Assembly: GCA_965368975.1 (NCBI GenBank)
Contig: CBDUPA010000004.1
Span: forward strand, 192,001 to 256,000
Direction: 5' to 3'
DNA: 64,000 nucleotides
Source: an uncultured bacterium
GTDB taxonomy: Bacteria > Acidobacteriota > Thermoanaerobaculia > Multivoradales > JAHZIX01
The number at the start of each line of letters is the position of its first letter. The stretch's first letter is position 1. The notes under the pieces are model-generated. The model ran no database searches. It saw only the letters and a program-made list of their open reading frames with translations, and was not told the DNA's origin. This document shows, piece after piece, positions 51,882 through 59,243 of the stretch. A program made the translations under genes and the position numbers.

Positions 51882-53399
51882 ATGAATTTCGGCTCCAGGT
51901 TTTCAGAATCCCCTTTGCCGCTGCGAGTTTGGCAGCTCGCCGGATGCTGCGTCCTGCTCGCACCGCTGTACTTCTCCGGCTGCGCCGCGGCTCCGTCGCC
52001 AAGCTCACCGTCGGCAGCGTCCGCTGCGATCACGGCGTCCGTGCAGGCACCGAGCCTGGACGACCTGCAGGCCGAACTGCACGTGCTGGAGGAGCGTATC
52101 GCCCGCACCGAAGAGCGCAAGGCGGAGTGGATCGCCGACGCGCTCGAACGGCGGGAACTGGCGCTGCAGGAGGAGGATGCCCTGGCGCGCAGTCTCGATG
52201 CCGCCCTGGAGCAGATCGACGTGCTCGAACGTCAGCGCAGCCTCAAGCAGCGTCAGCTCGAAGCAGGTCTGTCCGAAGAGGAACTGCAAGCGCTGCGCAC
52301 CGAACTCGACGCGCTCGAGGTCGAGCGGCACGAGCTGGAAGCCGAGCGCCAGCGGCAGGAGCGGCGCCTCGACGAGGTGCGCCAGCGGCTCGAGTCGGTG
52401 CGCGATCTCGACGGCCAAGCCCTCTTCCGGCTCGAGACCGACGATCTCTACCGGCGCGCCACCGAGCTGCAAAACGAGATCTACCAGCAGTTGATCGACC
52501 GCACCGCCAGCTTCATCACCTCGCCCAGCCAGCAGGAGGCGTTCACCCGTCTGTACCAGGAGCGCATCGATGCGCGCGACGCGACGTTGAGCGCGCAGGG
52601 CATCAGCGGAGAGCGCTTCCACGAACTGGTGACCGAGTTCCAGCGCGACCGCAACCTGGGTACGGCGCTGCTCTCCAGTCGCACCTTCCGACTCGAGTTC
52701 CAGCTCGGTCGTGCCGAGGTCGTGCCGGCACAAGCGGCGGACTTCCGCAGCCTTGCGGAAGCTCTGCTGGACGCATCGCAGCGCGACTTCGATTACCTGG
52801 TGTTCATCGATGGCCATGCAGACAGCGTCACCTATCCGGGCGGCGCTTGCCTGTCGGCACTGCGCAACCGGCAACTGTCGCAGGAGCGCGCCGAGGCCGC
52901 CCGCGATCTGCTGGTCGACCTGGGTCTGCCGATCGAGCGATTGCGCCTCGACTGGTTCGGCAACTTCCTGATGGCGTCGTCGCCGTCCGGGGACGCCGGT
53001 GGCGAGCCAGAGAACCGGCGTGTCGAGATTCGTGTCACCAGCCGCGAGGCCGGCGAGTACACCTCGCACCAGGACTACTTCCGCATGCACCGCGAGCTAC
53101 CTCTGCTCGGTCGCACCTTCCTGCGCGATGTCGGTCGTTGGATTGACACCTCATGCTCACAGCAGCCTGAAGAGCTGACCTGGCCGTACATGGGGGCCGA
53201 GTATCAGGATCTGGCGGCCAGACTGGAGCTAGCACGCCACTACCCGCTCGTGGTCAGTGACGAGGGGCACGAGTACTTGCTGTGGCTCGGCAACGACGTC
53301 ACCGTGCGGGTCGACGATCGCTGCGTGCGAGTTCGCGGCTGTGGCGGCGGTGCTGTCGAACTGCCCCTCGAGGATGCGGGAGCGGCGCTGGGGCCGTGA
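51882..53399 (+). CDS. Lipoprotein with long coiled coil, OmpA/MotB C-like peptidoglycan-binding domain and an extra C-terminal domain
   Basis: Lipobox YFSG-C; E/R/L/Q heptads; FQLGRAEV, IDGHADS, NRQLSQERAEAARDLL, NRRVEIRV; SD GGGAGG. Confidence 0.85.
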   Translation: MNFGSRFSESPLPLRVWQLAGCCVLLAPLYFSGCAAAPSPSSPSAASAAITASVQAPSLDDLQAELHVLEERIARTEERKAEWIADALERRELALQEEDALARSLDAALEQIDVLERQRSLKQRQLEAGLSEEELQALRTELDALEVERHELEAERQRQERRLDEVRQRLESVRDLDGQALFRLETDDLYRRATELQNEIYQQLIDRTASFITSPSQQEAFTRLYQERIDARDATLSAQGISGERFHELVTEFQRDRNLGTALLSSRTFRLEFQLGRAEVVPAQAADFRSLAEALLDASQRDFDYLVFIDGHADSVTYPGGACLSALRNRQLSQERAEAARDLLVDLGLPIERLRLDWFGNFLMASSPSGDAGGEPENRRVEIRVTSREAGEYTSHQDYFRMHRELPLLGRTFLRDVGRWIDTSCSQQPEELTWPYMGAEYQDLAARLELARHYPLVVSDEGHEYLLWLGNDVTVRVDDRCVRVRGCGGGAVELPLEDAGAALGP

Positions 53400-54823
53400 G
53401 CAATCTGCGGCCGAAGGACCTGATCGAGCTGGGTGTTCCCAAGTTTGCCGTGCGTGCGGCGCAGACTGCGATCCGCGATGCCAGCCGCGGCGGCCTCAAG
53501 AAGGGTGTGCTGCGCAGGCGCATTACCGAGCTGCTGGACGATCCGGGCAGCTTCGTCGACAAGCCGCACTTCGATTCCCTGGCGCGCGTCCTGCTGGACC
53601 GCAAGCGCTTGCGGCGTGAGTTCCAGCCGCGCCAGGAGCCGGTGCCCTACAGGCAGTGGGGCGACGACCTCGATGCCAATGCCGTGCAGCAAATGACCAA
53701 CGCCTGCCAGCTGCCCGTCGCCGTCGCCGCGGCCCTGATGCCCGACGCTCACCTGGGCTACGGCCTGCCGATCGGCGGCGTGCTGGCGACCGACAACGCG
53801 GTGATTCCCTACGCCGTCGGCGTCGACATCGCCTGCCGCATGAAGCTGACCGTGCTCGATCTGCCGCTGCACGCGATCGACGGCCAGGTCGACCGTCTGC
53901 GCAACATCCTGGAAGGCGAGACCCGCTTCGGGATCGGAGCGCAGTTCGAAGACCGACGTGAGCATGCGGTGCTGGACGACGATTGGAGCGTGTCACCGGT
54001 GACGCAGAGGGCCAAAGACAGGGCCTGGGCACAGCTGGGAACCAGCGGCAGTGGCAATCACTTCGTCGAGTTTGGCGAACTGAAGGTTGCGGCACCCGTC
54101 GCCGACGCGCAGGCAGAACCCGATCTGGGGCTCGAACCGGGGCGTTACGTGGCTCTGCTCAGCCATAGTGGCAGCCGCGGAGTGGGTGCGCGTGTCGCCA
54201 ACCACTACAGCCGTCTGGCCATGGAATTGCACCCAGAGTTGCCCAAGGAACTCAAGCACCTGGCCTGGCTCGACCTCGATTCCGAGCCCGGCCAGGAGTA
54301 CTGGCAGGCAATGCAGCTGATGGGACGCTACGCCGAGGCCAATCACGCTTGTATTCATTCTCACATTGCCCGGGCTTTGCGCGTCGATGTACTGGCGGAC
54401 GTGGAGAACCACCACAACTTCGCCTGGGAAGAAGAGCACCTGGGCCGCCCGTTGATCGTGCACCGCAAGGGTGCTACTCCGGCGCACCGAGGCAAGCTCG
54501 GGATCATCCCGGGCTCGATGGCGACGCCCGCTTTCGTCGTGCGCGGCCGCGGGGAGCCGACATCGCTGGAGTCGGCCGCGCACGGTGCCGGCCGCATCAT
54601 GAGCCGCAAGCAAGCACGCAACACCTTCACTTGGTCCGAGGCCCGCAAGCTGCTCGCTGAGCGTGGCGTCACCCTCCTCTCTGCCGACCTCGACGAAGTA
54701 CCCATGGTCTACAAGGACATCGAAGCCGTCATGGCGGCACAACAGGACTTGGTCGAGGTTCTCGCTCGCTTCCACCCTCGCCTGGTAAAAATGGCGCCTG
54801 CTGGTGAAAAGCCGGAAGACTGA
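53396..54823 (+). CDS. rtcB: RtcB-family 3'-phosphate/5'-OH RNA ligase
   Basis: MPDAHLGYGLPIGG, GVDIAC, LGTSGSGNHFVE, HSGSRG, NHHNFAW, HRKGAT, IPGSM, HGAGR, YKDI. GTGA overlap with the OmpA gene. Confidence 0.95.
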   Translation: MSNLRPKDLIELGVPKFAVRAAQTAIRDASRGGLKKGVLRRRITELLDDPGSFVDKPHFDSLARVLLDRKRLRREFQPRQEPVPYRQWGDDLDANAVQQMTNACQLPVAVAAALMPDAHLGYGLPIGGVLATDNAVIPYAVGVDIACRMKLTVLDLPLHAIDGQVDRLRNILEGETRFGIGAQFEDRREHAVLDDDWSVSPVTQRAKDRAWAQLGTSGSGNHFVEFGELKVAAPVADAQAEPDLGLEPGRYVALLSHSGSRGVGARVANHYSRLAMELHPELPKELKHLAWLDLDSEPGQEYWQAMQLMGRYAEANHACIHSHIARALRVDVLADVENHHNFAWEEEHLGRPLIVHRKGATPAHRGKLGIIPGSMATPAFVVRGRGEPTSLESAAHGAGRIMSRKQARNTFTWSEARKLLAERGVTLLSADLDEVPMVYKDIEAVMAAQQDLVEVLARFHPRLVKMAPAGEKPED

Positions 54824-54989
54824 ACCGTCGGGTCGAACAGGAGCTTCCAGCGGGGGCTCGGGTATCGGGTTCCAGACGGTTGCCCGCGAAGAATCGCCAC
54901 CATTCCAATGCATCTGAGCTGCAACGGTAGCCTCCTGTTGCTTGTTGGTCGCTCCGGTGGGGTGGAAAAAGGGTTCTGAGTCTTCATCC

Positions 54990-55290
54990 CTTCCCGTAAC
55001 CTACTACTGCTATCAAAAGAAATCTGTCGCGCTCTCGGTGCTGGCCTGCACTACGTTTGGAGGGGTTAGCTTCTTGAAGCCTACCCTTCTATTACGGATT
55101 GCCGTGATGCCTGATTCGATTTTCCGTATGGCTAGAAATGCGTTTCTTGGTACTTCGACTCCTTTTTGCTGCACACAGCAAATATATGCTTGCCATCAAT
55201 ATAAACGGATGTACAAATAAATATAGATACCTAAATAAACATTAGATTACCAGGCTTCAAGTAGTCCAAAAGTAAAAATTCACTCCAGCT
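54990..55290. other. AT-rich intergenic island upstream of the sigma-TPR gene
   Basis: 27 G+C in the 100 nt 55181-55280 by hand count, against about two-thirds elsewhere. Contains an imperfect direct repeat AAATAAATATAGATACC / AAATAAACATTAGATTACC (55215-55251). Confidence 0.85.
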
Positions 55291-55512
55291 TCTCCTGGGA
55301 CGTCTGAGCATCGAGCGCGGTGAGTTTCAAGCCGATCGGTACCGCGTCGGCACAGCCGACAGAGCCGGCGGCTTACTCACTTTTCTCCATGTCTTGACGC
55401 GCCTTGCAGGTCGCTCTCTGGGGCGGCGCATCTGTAAGCGCATCCAGGGGCCACCCGGCTCGGAGTGAGGGCTGCCAGTGAGGCTCTCCGCGCACAGTGA
55501 TCGGAGAGTTTC

Positions 55513-57930
55513 TTGAGTGAGCAGCTGTCGCAGTCCATCCATCCGGTAGCTCCGGAAGCCCGGCTTGCCGCCGCCAACGGCGGTGAGCAAGGGCAGAGGT
55601 TTGCCCGTTTCTGGCAACGCTATGCCAACGATCTGTACCAGAACTGCCTGCGCTGGATGAGCGGCCGGCACGAGGACGCCGAAGAAGCGTTCAGCCGTGC
55701 CGGCATGGCCGCGTACAGCCACTACGAAAACGCTGCTGATGGCCTGATCAGCGAGCGTGCCTGGTTGCTGCGACTGGGCCACAACGCTTGTATGGATGTC
55801 CATCGCGAGCGCAAGCGCAAGCGCGAGAGCAGTCTCGACGAGATGGAAGACAGGGGCTCGGTGCTGCACGACGGCTTGATCACCGGCCGTGGCAAGAGTC
55901 CAGAGATGCAGGCACTGCGGCGCGAGCTGCGCAGCTATTTGCACTGGTGCATCGGCCAGCTGCCAAGTCGTCTACGAGATCCGATGGCGCTGCACGTGTT
56001 CAAGGAGATGCCCTACCGCGAGATCGCCGACACGCTCCGTCTCACAGAGGTCAACGTGCGCAAGCGCATGCAGGAGGCCAAGCAGGCGTTGCGCCCGAAA
56101 CTCGAGGCCTACCTCGACGGCTCGGTCGATGCGGTCCAATTGCTGCGCCGGCAGACCTTGGGCGATGGCATGGCGGAGGCGAGCAAGGCCTGGTTACCCG
56201 ACGCTCCGAGCATGCCGCGCCGTCGCTGTCTACTGCCCGGTATGCGGCTCTTGCCGCCCAACCCGGCGAGCTTCCCGAGCAGCACCACGACGCCGATGCA
56301 GACCGGCAGTTCCTCGGGCATTCACGGCAGCCAGTCGGGTATCCACAGCGTAGATGCCGCCGGTGCCTATGGTGGCGGTCAGCCGGCCTGGCGCGAGGAA
56401 ACGGTTCTGCTGCACGTGCAAGAAGTGCGGCGTCCCGAGAGCCGTCAGCAACGCCTGATGGAGTATGTGCAGCGGCATCCCACGGGCTGGAAGAAGCGCC
56501 TCGAGCTGGCTCGCGTCTATCGCCAGTTGGGGCTCGGTGAGGCGGCCCGCGAGCAGTATCGTCACGTGGTCGAGCGGCAAGAGCGGCGGCTCGAAGTGTG
56601 GATCGAGCTCGCCGAAACGGAGCTCGAGCTCGGCGATCCGGCAGAGGCTGGGCGGGTACTCCGTCGTGCCCGTCGACGCGTGTCCATGGACAGCGCGATG
56701 GAGCGTCACGTGGTGGGGTTGGAGGCGTTGTGTACGGGCCGCTGGGACGAGGCGGCAGAGGCCTTCCGCTGCTCCGCGCAGGAGCAGCCAGAAGCGCTGG
56801 CGCACCACCTGGCGATGGCGCGCAGTCTGGACCGAGCGGGGAGTACTCTGGAGGCGGCAGCGGCCTTCGACGCGGCGTTGAGCCTCGACCCGGACGATAT
56901 GCCGTCCCTGGTGCTGAGCTACTCGTCGCTGTGCCTGGTGGGGCGTCGTCTGGAGGCACGGCTCCGCCTGGAGCGCGCGCTGGAGATCGACAAACGCAAC
57001 CCGCTGGCCCTCGCCTTGTGGATCGAAGACCTGTGCCTCTCCGGTCGCCTCGACGGTGACGACGATCTGCTCCTGAGTCGACGCTTGCGACGCCTGGAGC
57101 GTCTGCTGCCCGAGTGGACGGGCACCATGCTGTGCCGAGCCTTGTGCGCACGTGCGCGTGGCCGACGGCTGGCGCTCGAAGATGAACTGCGCGGACATGT
57201 CGAGCGCCATCCCGGGGACGCCGAGGGTTGGCGCCGGTATGCCCGCCTGTGCGACTTGCTCGACCAGCCGCGGGAAGCGGCGCAAGCCCTGCTGCGCGTC
57301 TACCACCTCGATCCCTACGATCCGGACGGCTACCTGTTGGCCAGTCGGGTGCTGGCGCAGACCGGCCACGAGGTGCTGGTGCTGGAGTGGAGCGACCGCA
57401 TGGTCGAGCGTTGGACCGACCACTGGCAAGTGCTGTTGGCTACGGCGCACCTGTGGCTCGACGAGGCCTCGACCACCAGCGCGGCCTTGTGGTTGGCGGA
57501 GCGCTGCGTCCAGCGCCAGCCGGACCTGGCGGCACCGCACCTGGGTCGCGGTCGGTTGCTCGCCGAACTGGGGTTGATGGCCGAAGCCATCGAGTCACTC
57601 GAGCGTGGCTGGGAGCTGCTTCCCACGAGTGATGGCTTCGAGCAGAGCACGCCGGCCGCGCTGTCCCTGGCGGAAGCAGCCGGCTGGCATGGTGACGCCG
57701 CCGCACGACGTGTCTGGCTGCGCGTCGCACTCGAGCACGCGCAGGCGCTGACCACCCAGGCACCATCGCAAGGATGGAACTTCCAGGGCCGTGCTTACGA
57801 GGCGATGGGGAATACGGCGAGCGCGCTCGAGGCCTATCGCCAGGCGCTCAGCCGGGCACCCGCGGGTTGGCACCAGCGTCGACTGGAAGCCGCGCTCGAC
57901 CGCCTGGCGGCCAATCAGAATGGCAGCTGA
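55513..57930 (+). CDS. ECF-type sigma70 factor fused to a long TPR region
   Basis: Region 2: DLYQNCLRWMSGRHEDAEEA...RAWLLRLGHNACMD. Region 4: IGQLPSRLR...MPYREIADTL...VRKRMQEA. Then a low-complexity linker and about 10 TPR-like repeats. TTG start after GGAGAG. Confidence 0.88.
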   Translation: MSEQLSQSIHPVAPEARLAAANGGEQGQRFARFWQRYANDLYQNCLRWMSGRHEDAEEAFSRAGMAAYSHYENAADGLISERAWLLRLGHNACMDVHRERKRKRESSLDEMEDRGSVLHDGLITGRGKSPEMQALRRELRSYLHWCIGQLPSRLRDPMALHVFKEMPYREIADTLRLTEVNVRKRMQEAKQALRPKLEAYLDGSVDAVQLLRRQTLGDGMAEASKAWLPDAPSMPRRRCLLPGMRLLPPNPASFPSSTTTPMQTGSSSGIHGSQSGIHSVDAAGAYGGGQPAWREETVLLHVQEVRRPESRQQRLMEYVQRHPTGWKKRLELARVYRQLGLGEAAREQYRHVVERQERRLEVWIELAETELELGDPAEAGRVLRRARRRVSMDSAMERHVVGLEALCTGRWDEAAEAFRCSAQEQPEALAHHLAMARSLDRAGSTLEAAAAFDAALSLDPDDMPSLVLSYSSLCLVGRRLEARLRLERALEIDKRNPLALALWIEDLCLSGRLDGDDDLLLSRRLRRLERLLPEWTGTMLCRALCARARGRRLALEDELRGHVERHPGDAEGWRRYARLCDLLDQPREAAQALLRVYHLDPYDPDGYLLASRVLAQTGHEVLVLEWSDRMVERWTDHWQVLLATAHLWLDEASTTSAALWLAERCVQRQPDLAAPHLGRGRLLAELGLMAEAIESLERGWELLPTSDGFEQSTPAALSLAEAAGWHGDAAARRVWLRVALEHAQALTTQAPSQGWNFQGRAYEAMGNTASALEAYRQALSRAPAGWHQRRLEAALDRLAANQNGS

Positions 57931-57949
57931 GCGTGGTAAAGTTCCAAGG

Positions 57950-58978
57950 GTGGAGTCGCTCAACACCCTGCCGCAGATCCGGGTACTACCGGAGGATTTC
58001 GAGGTCGAGGAGGTCGCTCGTTTGGAGCCCTCTGGCGAAGGGGAGCACGCGTATCTGTGGATCGAGAAGCGGCTGAGGAACTCCGAAGAGGTTCTCCAGC
58101 AGCTGGCAGCTGCGACCGGCCGTGAGTTGTGGCAGATCGGCTACGCGGGACGTAAGGATCGGCGTGCCGTGACGCGGCAGTGGTTCTCGGTGCCTGGCTT
58201 GGACCCGGACACGGCGCTGGCTCTCGAGTTGGAGGGCGCGCGCGTTCTGCGAGCCGAGCGTCACCAGCACAAGCTACGTACCGGCATGCTCAACGGCAAT
58301 CGTTTCCGCATCCGTGTGCGGGCTGTGGACGAGCAGCGCGCGCGGCAAGCTCGGGGCCGGCTGGCCGAGATCGTCGAGACTGGCATGCCCAATCGCTTTG
58401 GTCGTCAGCGCTTCGGCCGTGATGGCGGCAACGTGCGCCTGGGACTCGGCGTGCTCACCGGTGAACGCCAGCAGAGGCACAAGCGGAAGCAGTGGTTGAT
58501 GGTGTCGGCAATCCAGTCGGCGGTGTTCAACCGGGTGCTTGAGCTGCGGCCGGCGCGGGTCGAGCAGGTTCTGGCAGGCGAGGTAGCGATCGAGCACTCG
58601 ACCGGCTGGGAGTTCTGGGTCGAAGACCTGGAGCGTGAGAAGGCACGGGCGGAGCGCTTCCAGATCAGCGCTGCCGGACCGCTGTTCGGCTTCAAAGTGC
58701 GTCGACCGCACGGCGTGATGGCTGAAGTCGAGCGCAGAGCCCAGGCCGATCTGGGTGTTCCTTCCTTGGCCGAACTGAGCCTGCCCAAGGGGCTACGGTT
58801 GCCCGGAGAGCGACGGCCGTTGCGAGCGCGGGTCAGCGTTGGTGAGGCCGAGTATCTGGCTGCGGAAGAGATCTTGGACTTGCATTTCGAGCTACCTCCC
58901 GGTAGCTATGCCACAGTGTTACTGGAAGAGTTGTTCCCTGGCGGTTACCGTGAGGGGGACTCGGATTTCATTGAGTAG
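57950..58978 (+). CDS. truD: tRNA pseudouridine(13) synthase TruD
   Basis: PEDFEVEE, GEGEH, GYAGRKDRRAVTRQW, GNRF, PNRFGRQRFG, FELPPGSYAT. GTG 57950 lies 7 nt after TGgTAAAGT (alternative ATG 57920). Confidence 0.95.
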   Translation: MESLNTLPQIRVLPEDFEVEEVARLEPSGEGEHAYLWIEKRLRNSEEVLQQLAAATGRELWQIGYAGRKDRRAVTRQWFSVPGLDPDTALALELEGARVLRAERHQHKLRTGMLNGNRFRIRVRAVDEQRARQARGRLAEIVETGMPNRFGRQRFGRDGGNVRLGLGVLTGERQQRHKRKQWLMVSAIQSAVFNRVLELRPARVEQVLAGEVAIEHSTGWEFWVEDLEREKARAERFQISAAGPLFGFKVRRPHGVMAEVERRAQADLGVPSLAELSLPKGLRLPGERRPLRARVSVGEAEYLAAEEILDLHFELPPGSYATVLLEELFPGGYREGDSDFIE

Positions 58979-59000
58979 GTTCTCCCGGAGGAGGTGACGG

Positions 59001-59189
59001 ATGCGAAACCCGAAACAGGCGGCTTTGGAGGCAATCCAGCAGCTACCGGATGACTGCAGTGTCGAGGATGTGCTGTACCAGATCTATTTGCTGACGCAGG
59101 TCATGCAAGGCCTGCAGCAAGCTCAGGTGGGTGAGAAGGTGAGCCGCGAGCAACTGCTGGCCCATCTAGAAGAAGGCCCGCGGAACTGA
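59001..59189 (+). CDS. Small protein resembling addiction-module antitoxins that usually precede RelE/ParE toxins
   Basis: KQAALEAIQQLPDDCSVEDVLYQIYLLTQVMQGLQQAQVGEKVSREQL; strong SD GGAGGAGGT. Confidence 0.7.
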   Translation: MRNPKQAALEAIQQLPDDCSVEDVLYQIYLLTQVMQGLQQAQVGEKVSREQLLAHLEEGPRN

Positions 59190-59201
59190 AGCTCCGCGGG
59201 C
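59176..59201. terminator. Hairpin spanning the stop of the small ORF (possible terminator)
   Basis: GCCCGCGGA-N8-TCCGCGGGC. Confidence 0.45.
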
Positions 59202-59243
59202 TCTGCCTTTCACGGTAGGGGGCGACTCGGTCGATGCTGGCCG

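Noticed and set aside
51803-53146. 447-aa Arg/Ala-rich alternative-frame ORF over the OmpA gene
   Set aside because: Composition typical of an off-frame GC-rich read; the 51882 frame carries the lipobox and OmpA motifs.
54824-54990. Possible tRNA-like or Y-RNA element downstream of rtcB
   Set aside because: I could not find a T-arm GTTCRA in a cloverleaf context or a Y-RNA stem, and there is no Ro60 gene. A covariance search would be needed to exclude it fully.
54942-55220. 92-aa plus-strand ORF in the AT-rich island
   Set aside because: TTG start without an SD, atypical codon usage and no motif; not called as a gene.
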